DNA of 58,656 nucleotides from Girardia tigrina. Taxonomy: Eukaryota. Each line of letters opens with the position of its first letter. Position 1 is the first letter of the stretch. A program made the translations under genes and the position numbers. Positions 47,284 to 58,656 of the stretch are shown one piece after another. The stretch is taken from positions 26,824 to 85,479 of the forward strand of contig MQRK01230279.1 of assembly GCA_001938485.1 (NCBI GenBank), read 5' to 3'. The notes under the pieces are model-generated. The model had not been told where the DNA came from. It ran no database searches and saw only the letters and a program-made list of their open reading frames with translations.

Positions 47284-50200
47284 TCGTTGCTAATAAGACA
47301 CTATAACCCATTGATTAACATCCAAAATAGGAAAAGTAATGCAGTTTCAATATTAAATATCTTTAAATAAAATAAATGTTTAAAAATAAAAATATTAACC
47401 AATTGAACTTTAATATTTTTCATTAATTCGTTTCCTTATGTATTATAAATAAATTATTAAAAAAATAATAAACAGCAAAACAAATAAAGTTACTGAGAAT
47501 GATCGAAGAAATCCAACGTTGATTTGTTAAAAAAAATGCTTTAACAAATATCTCTTTATAAAAAAATGTTAATTATATAATTTATATTTATTATATATAT
47601 GAATGAATAAAAGATACCTGGATAATGCCTGTAGAAAATCCCGTGACTGAGCTGAAAATTTAGCTGTTTTTCTATACGTTTCAACATTGTGTACCAATGC
47701 ACTGCCTCCGTATTGAAGAGCCAATACATTACCATGGTTTTCGTAGAGAGTCAACAAAAGAAAATTTATTTAAAAGAACACAATAATAAAATAAAATCTA
47801 CCTGTAACATTTTGTCAAGAGATCTCATGCTGGTTATTTTAGTTGTATTTAAAATTCCCAAAGAAAATAACTGATACCCCAAAGCAGCTTGACCAATTAC
47901 GAACTGTGCAGTATTCGTACGATCAAGACAGTCAATACAATTAGTGCGAACTATTCCACATTGAACAGTGTTTGTTAACAGCCTAAAAGATGTTTATACA
48001 TTTATACATATATATTTACATATATACATATACATTTATATATATATATATATATTTGACGAGTCCGTATGGAATTCAAACTCATGATTAAGTGTAGACA
48101 TGATTTCAAAATTTTATTTCAATACAAATTCCTGTTTTTTAAACAAATTTCTGTGGAAAATTATTTTGTATTCGCAAACCTTTATAAATAAATATAAATA
48201 TGAATGCGTTAAAATTTAAATTTTAAAACCTCACCATTTTCAAGTTTACGATTTTTCCGACTTAGAGTTATATATCTCTATATATTTTTGTGTGTGCAAA
48301 ACAGTAGTAAATAAATTTACAAGCTAATACAATATCTAATTAAATTAGTTTAATTAAAGAGAATACGAAGAAATTATGGTTTTATCAATATCAAAAGGAC
48401 AATGGATTGCGGAAAACAGTAATATACTATGACACAGATGAAGGAAAAGTCTCTCCAATGTGATCCTCCCTTCGTATAAAGGTATTAAGCCAGAGGCTTT
48501 TTACGAGGTTCTGAGACGCTTATGGCTTCAAAAGGCACTCCCCCCATGCGGGGATTTACATGTCTAAGCTCCACCGGCGAACCTGCTTCACAAAAACCCT
48601 TACCAAAATTAGAAACCTTGGATCATTGCGATGCAATCAACCAAGGGGGTCACTACTCCATACAGCTATGACACTCAGTTTTGCAGCTGGGCCGTCAAGC
48701 AATTGGTTTGCTAGTCCAATAACAATACATCGGCTGCCGACTGTTCAAACAGCAAATGGCCCAGCTCAGGACGCTTTCACTTATAGAAGAGAACTCTAGT
48801 TTCCCAGGGATTCCACAGGGAGGTACATCCAAACTGGCCTAGCACTCATTGATGTACGAATTTTGGTACCTGTGAGAATTAAATTTATAAACCAGATAAG
48901 CATACAATCCACAAATCATTTTCGATTTATTTGAGAGAAAGCTTTGAAAGCTTTGGATGTCATTGCTACAAATTTTAAACTACATATATTCTTAAAAAAA
49001 TACTTTTTTAAATATATTAAATCCTTTAGAATATAGTATTTTGATTATATGTGTTTGTGCTCTTTAATGTTTTCTTCTATGAATCCTTTTCTAGCCCATG
49101 CTTATTTAAATATTTTTGTCCTAAGTAACCTTGATTTTGTGATCTATGTTTCTTTGTGTACATTTTGTCCCTCGAGCGTCCTCTAAGAATATTTAAACCA
49201 TTATCAGCGATGTCAAAATTTGAAGACAAATTTCAAACTATGCATCTGTTATCCACCTGTTGGATATCTCTCATTCATCTTAGTGATAAAAATGTCAAGA
49301 AAAGTGAGTTCGTTATTTACTTCGATTCTGTTGTGAATTTCATTTTAGGATGAAAACCATTCAAGAATTTTAAGAACGGTTCTATTAGATTTCGATTCCT
49401 TAAATTAAGAAATGTGTTTTTACATATCTCTTGGACAGAACAAGTTTTACCTCATGGAATGTATTAATTTCATCCTTAAAGGATTCCAACGTGGTAGCTA
49501 ATGGGGAACTTATTTCAACTCCATCTTTCTGAATGTACGATTCATCGTTAAAAAGAAATGGGTAATTTTTGACAAAAAATTTAAGACACTCTTTCAGTCC
49601 CTCGTTGTTTATTATCTCATTCACTAAGTCAAAATTATCATCATATAATTTTTCACACAAATCAATAGTTTCATCCATGGACACATTTGTGAATAAGCGG
49701 AGATATCAAATGAGACAACACATTCAGTCACCCTTAGGTCCCTGATTCAAAATGAAATCTTGGAATTCAAAGTTATCCCTGATTTTAAATTCATTATAAA
49801 TCAAGGGACTCAATAATGAATCAAGAACCTTTGCGATCTTGTACTTTACAGTTTCAAATATTAAAAACTAATAACGCTTAAAACTAGCATTAAAACTAAT
49901 AAATAATTTGCAAATTAAATTATGATTGCTGATGATGAAGTATAAAACTTCAAAGCATGTTCAATACTAAATTTCTAAAAAAAAGCTTTAACAATTTCCA
50001 AAAGTAATGGGAGGAAATTATTTTATATGCATATCTGACAAAATAAATGAAAATCCAAAGTTAGTGGTACAACAACATCTGCCAACATAAAGAGAGTGTT
50101 CTGAATGGGATCACATTTACAGTTGTTTTCCCTGCAAGGTTTTGCAATGTTCAAACCACTCTTACGCTGCATGGCATGCTCTTTTGACCATGACCTGTGG

Positions 50201-53200
50201 TATTTCTTTAATGCTGCACTCGATCTTGTCTCAGAGCTCAGCAATGGTAGCATGCCTTATGCGGTACACATGCTCCTTCAGGTAGCCCCAGAGGAAGTAA
50301 TCACACATAGATAAGTCAGGCAAACAAGGGGCCACTCTATTGGACCTTTCTATCGATCCACTGCTGAGGAAACTTTTGGTCGAGCAAGCTGCGTACTTAA
50401 GCTGCTTAATGGACAGAAACCCCGTCATACTGGAAGGTCGAGTGCAAGCCTCTTGTATCTCGCATAAGGCTACACAGCTGTTTGCAGCAGGTGTAGATAG
50501 GAATCAGCATCGACTGGACCATCGAAGAAGTAAGGTCCCAAGACACCCGCCGAAGTTACTACACCATGTCATAATGCCCTAGCGAGTTTAGAATCTGCTC
50601 GAGTGTGTGAATTCTTTGGACCCCACCGAACATTGTTGTGTCGTGACACTGCTCCAGATAGGTGAAACAAAGATTTTTCTGTCTCCATTATATGATCAAT
50701 TAAGTGAGGGTCGGCAAAGAATCTCTCCATAATCGATTTGGAAAACTCTTCTCGCCTATCAAAATCACAATCGCAGAGCATTGGCACATGTTGCAGACGG
50801 TAGGGTTTAAGATCAAGTTTCACAAGCAGGCGGTGGTAGCTCGTGCGTGGCAGGTCAAGAGCGGCTGCCTCACGAGGCACAGACGTTGAGGGATCTGCGG
50901 CGACAAACTTTTGGAGATCTTCAACGCTTCCAGTATGCTGAAATCGCTCGAACTGCCTTGGTTGTCAAAAACTGAGGAGGTGAGGAAGTAAAATGAAAAC
51001 GCCACCGTCTTTGTACCTCTTCATAATTCTAGAATAGTTCGTAGAGGAGTATAATTTTAATTCTCTCCTTAAGATGGTATTGTGTCGAGATTTCAATCAT
51101 CTGTAAATAAATGAGAATAGTCAGTGTTAAAACGTAAACATGAATTTCCGTGAAATAAAATGCCTTTCTGGAGATAGATTAAAACAAACATCCCCCCATT
51201 ACTTTTGAAACACCCTATATGTTTATATATAATTTTAAATATATAAATAATTTAAAAAATCATGTATTAATTTATACTTTCTTCCATATGACAATTGTTT
51301 CAAGAGAGCATCAGAATGAAAAAACCCTGTTTTTTGGATGCAATCTTCAGCGATGGGTAGCATTTTCACTAACACTGTTTTGGATTTGTTTCGTTGAATT
51401 CTTGCCATATCGAAATCGATATGCTTTAAAATATCATTTTCCAAATTAAAGTATTTGAAATAACTTTTTAAATAATCAATGGATTCGACGAACTTTTCCG
51501 ACAGAGGTCTTTCATAAAAATTACTTTTCCTCTGTTTAACTAGGTTTAAAATCAGAATAGGACTACCATAGCGATAGATTAAATTAGCAAAATGTCGCCC
51601 AGGAACATCATAATAAATATTTTCTGTCTGAATAGATATAAAAATTAATATTAGAACCAATTTGTTACAAACGTTTTTTTTTTTGAAAAATTACAAAAAA
51701 ATAAAATTATTAAACATTAAATAAAATGTCTTAATTGTTGTCGTATGTATTACTAGTGGTTATTTAATAGATTATAACATATGAAACATCATTTTTGAGC
51801 ATTTGAATAGCAACTTGTGTAAAAATAACGGAATATTTATTATTCAAAATAAATTTCGATTAATTCATCAATTTCACATCGAGATCGGAGTTTTTATATT
51901 CCTTCCTTATCGAAATTCGGTATTCTAAGTGTGAGAAGTGGTTGCAACATCAATATCAGAATTCATTTTAACTCAAATTATATCTTTATTATAAAACAAT
52001 TTTCAAACAAATTTTTCAACTTTTTCCTTAATTAATAATTAATTCGCCGATCTCAATTTTCAAATAATTTTTAAATTATTTTAAATTGCAATCAAAATAA
52101 TATTTAATTTTTAAAACATATTTATGCAAATTATTTATTTACGTATATTTAGTTTTTAATGGAAATATTTATTTTTTTCTAATTTGTTGTATATTTTAAC
52201 CTTTTATAATGTTTTTAAAACTTTGTTTTCAAATGAAAAAATTATATTATGTTTTTAATTTTGCATTTTTTTATAAAAAAACATGTTTTAATTTATTTTT
52301 AGTATTTTTGAAATTTTAGAAAATACTTTATATTTAATATTAAATTTTTGATGTTTAAAATATTAAATTTTTTAATCATATCCTTAATTGATTTTAAAAT
52401 TCTTAATAAATTAATATTTTTGAAAATACTGTTTTATCTGTTATCTCTTTTACTCCATTCATTTTTTTACTAAAATAATATTTTAAATAAAATAAATTTA
52501 TAAAGAATATTTTGAAATTCAAAGTTAAAACATTTAATTATTATTCTACTTAATTTTTAAAATTTTCAGTTTGATTTCAATTCAAAATAATTTTTAAAAC
52601 CATTTAAATTTTGATCAGACTACTAAATTAATTACCTCCTCATACTAAGATAGAAATTGGATTCTTGAATTTCTGCTTATTTTCTAGTATCAAAAAATAG
52701 GAAAAATTTTCGGTCGATTTAAAAATTAGTTTAAGATGTTAATATAATATTTCTAAAGATTTTAGTAATTTTCGACTTTGTTCTATTTTTTACTTCAAAT
52801 TCTTAAAACCTCAAACAAAACTGTTCTCACGTTCAGGATACTTAGTGTTTTTGATTGCATACGAAGAATTATTTCTCAGTTTTTACGAACTTCGGAACTT
52901 TCGAATTTCTTCCATTTAATTTCCATTTAAGGATTAATAATCTATTATAATTAAGATTTAGCAAGAATTCTTAAGCAAGTTCTACGAGGTCAAAATTTCA
53001 CTACACCCATTCTCATTTATTTATGCCACAAAGGCATTTATATATGACAAAAATATATATTAATTATCGATATCGAATTAAATCTGTGATTATATAAATT
53101 TAAAATATGGCAAAAGAATGAAGCAACAGTGTTCTCGATTGCTCTATCTGCATAATGCGTATATGCGAACTGGGACGCTCTTGCAAATACAATTTAGATT

Positions 53201-54976
53201 CTGATATTTCCGATGTTTACGACAAAAACATTCATCAAAAACATTGGCTACATAAAGAAGTTAGGCAGTGTCAACTCGGATTTAGCTGCATCAAAACCGC
53301 TCCTCATTAATCACTACAGAATCATGTCGGAATTTCCTCGCGGAATCCACTTTGACTCGCTACAGAGGCTTTGGAGTTTGGTGTTGGGGCTGCCAGATAT
53401 TGGCGAGTCGCGTTTAGATTTTAAAATACCAATGAATTTGGTAAAGGAAAAGATCACGTTTTGAAGTTTTTTGTTCAAAGAAACACATCTATGTTATTAT
53501 TAAATAAAATTTAAGGAATATTTTTATTGTCTGATTTTGTTTATTTTGTATAAGATAGATCTTAATATCAACTCGGATTTAGCTGCATAGAAACTGCATC
53601 CTCATTAATCACTACAGAATCATGTTGAAATTTATATACGGAATATACTTTGACTCATAAGAGGGACCTAGGAGTTTTGTGTTGTGAGTGCCCGATATCG
53701 GCAAGTCGCGCTTATATTTATGCCGTTCAATTTGGTAAAGGAAAAGATCACGTATTGTTGATTTGTTCAGACTAGTAGATCTTATTCAATGATCTTGGAA
53801 AAACAATAAGGAGTATTTCTTGACCATCAGAATTGATTTACGGAAATTATGTGTGATTTACTGTCTACTGATCCTATGGATCTTGAAACACTTGACGATA
53901 AATCAAAAAGTAGGGGATGAGTATTGCATTCTAAAGAATATTTTTATGCTTATGAAACCGATGTAATGAAGCATTTTCAGATAAATTTCCATTTCGTCTT
54001 ATCATTCGTGCACATCAAGTCCTAGTGACAGATGGACACTAGCTTATGGATCATATTTCCCACATCCATTTGTGATGCAGTAATCTTTAAGCTACTCGAA
54101 TCTGGCTATTTTGCGTTATTTTTTTAAAATTTACTTATTCTAGTTATTTTTTAAAATGTGGGAGCTGTCATAAGCAAATGCTTATGAATATATTTTAATG
54201 CTCCAAAATTATGTTTGTATGCTGGTGTGTATGAAGTTTTGACAATGCATTGTAGGTATGCATTTTTTGTTTGTGTGCAATATATTTTTATATTATTTGG
54301 ACATTTACAAATAATGTATTATCTATATAAATGCATACAAGGTCGATTCTAATTGGTAACTTTATTTTTTTTTAATTTTAAATATATTTTTATATATAGG
54401 AATATATCTAAATGCCTACACGGCATATTTAAACGAGAACAGGTGTACAAACTAAGATTTGAAAGGTAAAATATGAAATATTTTGTCCAAAAGCGCCGGA
54501 ATTCTTCAAAAAAGCCTTTCAGATTCTTGTTGTTGATTGAAACAAATGTGTTTACATAAATAAAAATTTCTTGGAGAAATTGACACCATTATATCTCAGT
54601 TTCTATGTAAAATAAATGTCATTTGAATAGGATTGTTTTTATGGTAGACGCACTACTTATTGGAAACATCACATAACATTGGAAAAAAATCTTTCAAAAA
54701 AATGTTTTGTCAAAGCGAAGAAATTGTCTATTTAATTTTAAACCTTGTATTTCCTATTCCATTATATAAACATTAAAGATATAGGATTTGCATCGCTGCT
54801 ATTAAGTAAAACATATAAAATCATACTGTCATTTTAATTGGAGGTTTACCGATTGCCTTCATAACTTCTTGATTCCATTGTAAAGGAATGGATCCTCGTA
54901 ATTGAACTAGACTTGTAACTTTACTTTTTTCAAATTCGAAACCCTCATTTTCCATCACAATTTGTTCTGTTTCAAC
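40839..54976 (-). CDS. FIG4: Polyphosphoinositide phosphatase FIG4/SAC3, 5'-partial, 7 exons
   Basis: Exons 54976-54827, 51627-51278, 47982-47802, 47751-47618, 46459-46154, 41452-41111, 41061-40839 in phase. Motifs [47 protein letters not shown] (CX5R), [37 protein letters not shown]. Confidence 0.93.
41111..41452 (-). CDS. FIG4: FIG4 divergent C-terminal exon
   Basis: Open frame, ttttag/gtattg, phase-2 match to both neighbours; no strong motif. Confidence 0.7.
41666..41895. mobile_element. piggyBac-like MITE
   Basis: TTAA-CCCATTAC ... GTAATGGG-TTAA. Confidence 0.7.
42830..43021 (-). mobile_element. piggyBac terminus (single end)
   Basis: Reverse complement TTAA-CCCTAGATAGATAA resembles the canonical piggyBac TIR CCCTAGAAAGATA. 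Confidence 0.55.
43969..45768 (-). mobile_element. hAT DNA transposon, internally deleted/degenerate
   Basis: TIR TAGGGGTTCC/GGAACCCCTA, perfect 8-bp TSD ATCAAGAT, ATCCCGGGAT subterminal repeats; [10 protein letters not shown] and [13 protein letters not shown] motifs. Confidence 0.93.
46154..46459 (-). CDS. FIG4: FIG4 exon ([20 protein letters not shown]...)
   Basis: RYY.N.FSD..Q.SINLFLG motif; cttag/gtatat. Confidence 0.92.
47157..47276. repeat. (TA)n microsatellite spanning a gap
   Basis: Direct. Confidence 0.9.
47618..47751 (-). CDS. FIG4: FIG4 exon ([21 protein letters not shown]...LSR)
   Basis: Conserved [10 protein letters not shown]; the acceptor reads TG rather than AG (see findings). 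Confidence 0.88.
47802..47982 (-). CDS. FIG4: FIG4 catalytic exon ([21 protein letters not shown])
   Basis: CX5RT Sac active site; ttttag/gtagat. Confidence 0.95.
49000..49970 (-). mobile_element. Penelope-like reverse transcriptase fragment with inverted pLTR piece
   Basis: [37 protein letters not shown](DD), HPKMKFTTE. Confidence 0.85.
49925..49965 (+). ncRNA. Degenerate minimal hammerhead ribozyme
   Basis: AUUG-CUGAUGA-U-GAAGU-AUAAA-ACUUC-AAAG-CAUGUU-CAAU; GAAA core mutated. Confidence 0.55.
49990..51217 (-). mobile_element. rosa/DD41D-like Tc1-mariner element, degenerate
   Basis: TIR ccaaaagtaatggg / cccattacttttgaaacacccta; [47 protein letters not shown]. Confidence 0.85.
51278..51627 (-). 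CDS. FIG4: FIG4 exon (TENIYYD...[12 protein letters not shown]...HIDFDMA...KTGFF)
   Basis: ORF 51235..51660; ttcag/gtataa. Confidence 0.92.
53271..53752 (+). repeat. Direct duplication of ~190 bp (53271-53459 and 53568-53752)
   Basis: tcaactcggatttagctgcat...ctcattaatcactacagaatcatg...aatttggtaaaggaaaagatcacgt in both. Confidence 0.85.
54827..54976 (-). CDS. FIG4: FIG4 exon (VETEQIV...[14 protein letters not shown]...KPPIKMT)
   Basis: Hand translation; Sac-domain VETEQ and RGS.PL.W motifs; gaag acceptor, gtatga donor. Confidence 0.92.
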
Positions 54977-55677
54977 CTTCGAAAATAATTATTTAAACAA
55001 TTAATTAGAATAATAAATTGTTAATATTTAAAAAAATCTTAAAACTTAAAAAGGAAATTTTTGAAACAATTAGAACAAAAAATCATATGCAATTAAAAAG
55101 AACAATTATAAATGTTAGCGAAAAAAAGACAGAAATTAAATTTTTTAGATGAAAAAATAATAGGAGTTAATATTCTTTTAATGTGGACAATAAATAGGCA
55201 ATATGCCCCAGGCTTTATTTTATAAACAATTGGGATACTTACATCCTTTTTGCGTACAAGGCATCCCCATCAATAACATTCACAATTCCAACTGTTTCTT
55301 TAACAATTTTAAAAACTAAAAAGAATTATTAGTGCAAAATTTAACAGTTAAAATTATGTTTTAAATATTTATAAAATAAAACACAGTTTTATAATTAAAT
55401 TTCGTATGTTTATTTATTAATGCAAATTGTTAAAATACTTGTATTATTCATTAGCTTTGTTAGGTTACTGAAATTGGATATTCAGGTGACACAAGTAAAA
55501 TTGGTTTATAAATATTTTAAGTAATCTACAAATATGTAAATAAATGTTAAAAATAAGATTTTCAAAGGAAATATTATATCAAGTTCAAATTAAGCTTCCC
55601 CGATGAAAATAAATATATAAGATTTAAATAAACATATCAGAATATTTAGTCAATAAACTACAACAGAAAATTAAGTA

Positions 55678-56890
55678 CGCTCAAACCTCATTTTCCCGCC
55701 AGTAAATCACGCTGTAATAGTAAAAGTGTATGAATTCCCGCCACCCTTGATTTCCGCAATCCGCTACCGTTCACACAATTTAATGAGTCACCCAAACCTC
55801 ACTTTTCCGCCAATTAATAGTACAGTACAGTCAAACCTCTAGAATCGTCAATGAACATAAAGCTGATTTGTAGAAAATTCCTGCTTGTAAATTGGTAATA
55901 AGAATGATACTTTGTATATTTTTTTATCATTTGTGTAGGTGTAATGTCAGAGGCGCCATCGCTCACAAACATGCACACAACATTCTCGAGCTGACATTTG
56001 CAGTATCTCAGATTATTGTACAGTACTGTAGTCATTTTTTCTGATAGCAATGAGTGAGGAACAGCTTGGTGTGAAGCGCAAGCGATTGTGCTTAACTGCT
56101 ACAGAGAAGCGAGAAATATGTGTGTACGCAAATGAACATTCAAGTCACTCTGCGCTGCAAATAGCGAATCATTCCCAGAAACCTCGGAAGACAATATCTG
56201 ATATTCTTTCTGAGAAGACCAAATGGATCAATGTTTCTAGCGATGAATTGAAGAACAAGTATGAAAGAGATGGAATGATTCCCAATACTACTACTCTTTC
56301 AGTGGTTTGTGGACATGAGAAGAAGAAGGGTGGTGGTCACAGATGAAATATTGAAGAAGAAAGCAGCTGATTTCAATGCTCAGGTTGGTACAGTAATGGC
56401 CATGGGTGGAATGCTGTAAATCTCATTACAGATGTAAATTGTCCTTTTTTGCAGATCACCGAGTCCAATGGTCTCAAGTTTTCAAATGACTGTGTGGCTT
56501 GCTTCAAGCAGAGACGAAACATTCACTGGGACAAGCTACGCAGTGAATCAGCTAGCGTTGACGAAGCAACAGTGACGAACGAACTTCTTCAAGTTCAAGA
56601 AGGATGGAAGCATTTCCGCAAAGAGGATGCCTACAACATGGACGAAACGGGATTATTCTTTCGCATGCTCCCTGATCGATCATTTGTGCACATGTCTGAA
56701 GAAAAGAAAGGAGTAAAAAAAAGCGAAAGAACGAGTGGCCGTCGCTCTATGTGCAAATGCATCTGGAAGCCACAAGCTGAAACCACTTGTGATTGGTCAT
56801 TTGAAGAAGCCCAGTTAATTACAGAACTTCAACCAAAATTTCTACGCTGACTACGACTTCAACAAGAAAGCATGGATGACGAGGGCTCTC
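55678..56890 (+). mobile_element. Tigger/pogo 5' part, truncated, intron-containing
   Basis: cagtcaaacctc TIR-like ends; KRKRLCLTATEKREIC, LKFSND, YNMDETGLFFRMLPDRS, NASGSHKLKPLVIG, NKKAWMT. Confidence 0.85.
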
Positions 56891-57015
56891 CGATGGTGCA
56901 ACGGGAAAGACGTTAATTAATTTCTCCGGTATCTAATAGTTTTTCAAATTTACTTTATCTGTCAATGTTAAAAAGCATTACAAAAATATAAAGTAAAAAT
57001 CTTTATGCAAATATA

Positions 57016-57212
57016 TATACAAGAAATAAAAAGACGACGCGTTTCGAGATACAAATTCCATTATTAGGTCAATCCACACCATGTATTAAACTAACACATT
57101 ATACTGGACTTTACAATAATTAAATAATGTGTTAGTTTAATACATGATGCGGATTGACCTGATGATGGGATTGTAATGTTGAAATGCGTCGTCTTTTTTT
57201 ATCCCTTGTATA
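57016..57212. repeat. ~85-bp-arm inverted repeat of Penelope pLTR sequence, each arm hammerhead-derived
   Basis: aaaaagacgacgcgtttc...taaactaacacatta / taatgtgttagttta...gaaatgcgtcgtcttttt. Confidence 0.85.
57156..57193 (+). ncRNA. Minimal hammerhead ribozyme (Penelope type)
   Basis: GAC-CUGAUGA-UGGGAUUGUAAUGUU-GAAA-UGCGUC|GUC; core and GUC triplet intact, stem II weakened. Confidence 0.6.
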
Positions 57213-57229
57213 AAATACAGTCAACCCTA

Positions 57230-57455
57230 AAGATCTAATTATTTTACTTTTTGGAACAAACATGTTAGGAGAAAGATTAAAACCTTTAGTGATAGACAGG
57301 TGGAAGAAACCTCGGTTTAAAAATTCAATATAGAACAATTGCCTATTTATTATCGTTCGAATACAAAATCTTGGATGACATTGACAATTCAAGATTTGTT
57401 AAAAGATTTAAATAGTATAATGAAAGTAGAGGATCGGATAATTTTATTATTGTTA
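57230..57455 (+). pseudogene. Tigger transposase fragment
   Basis: GTNMLGERLKPLVID..KKPR, LPIYYRSNTKSWMT, EDRIILLLL. Confidence 0.7.
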
Positions 57456-58544
57456 TTTTTGTGAATTCATCGGGACGACAGGCTCGTGTAGCGGCTTCTC
57501 GAAACAAGGAAGGTGAAATCGTCGACCGAAGAGCTTTGTTCGAGCCAAACGCATCGGTGACACTACTGTTCAATTCATGGAGATTATTGATCGACTCGGC
57601 GTCATCTACATTGTTGTCGACTGCATTGACAGCGTTCAACCCGATACTGCCAGGAAAATCGTTGTTAATATTATTCGGTAAATCAGATTCTGATATCGAT
57701 TTTTGAGCATTAAATTCAATTGCGGGTTTGTTAAGGAGAACCCGGGAAATATTATCAGAATTAATTACGTTTAAATATTCATCTGTGATCAGCATTATCG
57801 AAAGAAATATAACAGCGAAGAAAATTCTTTATTTGTTGCTTTTAACTAAATAGCTTATTAAAACAATTACAAAGCTGATATTTAATTTTTTAATTCACTT
57901 AAACGCATGCAATATATTTTTTTCTTTTCAATGATTTTCACGTAAAGGATTTTTATCTTATTTATATTAATTTTCACTGAGTAAAATTCACACAAAAAAT
58001 CACAAAATGTGAAAAATTTCAAATCATTGTAATTTCCAAAAATAATTCATTCTAAGTCAAAATAGTTTTACATAAAATTGAATTCGTTCTCGAAACCAAA
58101 AAAACCGAGAATGTGGAGGCACACAACAGTTAGATAAAACACATATTCATCCAAAAGTCTTTGAAATGAGTAATGTGAGATATAATTAATAACTTAATAA
58201 TAATTTGTAAATAAACTAAATTAAATTAAAAATAATAATGGCTCAAGAATACTTTTAATAAAACTCTCTATTTAGAATTTAGAATTTAAATAAATTAAAA
58301 TATGTCATGAAATATGACATATTTTAAGGTTGTTTAAATAATCAAAATTATTAGGCGAGAATTTAATTTTTGATTAAATAAATTTTAAGAAGAATATTTT
58401 CGTTATTCCTATCAAGTAATATAGAATTATTTTTTTAATACAACATCTTAACCAATGTATTAAAAAAGTTTTAGACTATTATAAGAAATTTTTGAGTCTG
58501 TAAATGAATTTTAATTTATATAATAAAGTTTCGCAGGAGATATA

Positions 58545-58656
58545 CGAGGGTGGGTCAATAAGTCCGTGACTTTTTGAATTTCTGACCTCGTTACTGAAAA
58601 GCAACACTGCTCCTGTCAACAGGCATGAGTCAGTTGACTCCTCTCAAAAATTTTAA
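58545..58656. mobile_element. Mariner left terminus running off the window
   Basis: TA-CGAGGGTGGGTCAATAAGT, irritans-type TIR start. Confidence 0.6.

Noticed and set aside
48438-48460. GGAAAAGTC as RNase P/MRP CR-I
   Set aside because: No matching CR-V/P4 partner could be found

Overview
AT-rich eukaryotic (metazoan) genomic DNA with four assembly gaps. A flatworm/planarian origin is an inference from composition, TE spectrum and an 18S fragment, and is not proven. Two convergent, multi-exon host genes can be spliced by hand with consistent phases. On + is the 3' part of PANK4 (pantothenate kinase C-terminal half plus DUF89/ARMT1-like phosphatase; 9 exons, 267..26886). On - is the 3' part of FIG4/SAC3 (Sac phosphoinositide phosphatase with CIDCLDRTN; 7 exons, 54976..40839). 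Introns and the ~14 kb intergenic region are packed with nested transposons: Tigger/pogo (two with apparent spliceosomal introns), mariners of several subfamilies, maT, rosa, Tc1, hAT, Mutator, PIF-like, piggyBac-like, BEL/Pao, zinc-finger non-LTR and Penelope. Most notable observations: (1) a FIG4 intron that can only be spliced with a GT..TG boundary; (2) several Penelope-type minimal hammerhead ribozymes, including an inverted pair; (3) an unexplained, highly base-paired GC-rich island in a FIG4 intron; (4) an 18S rDNA pseudogene fragment in a PANK4 intron; (5) two elements that share a 23-nt terminus but carry unrelated low-complexity ORFs. No prokaryotic-type system (CRISPR etc.) is supported.
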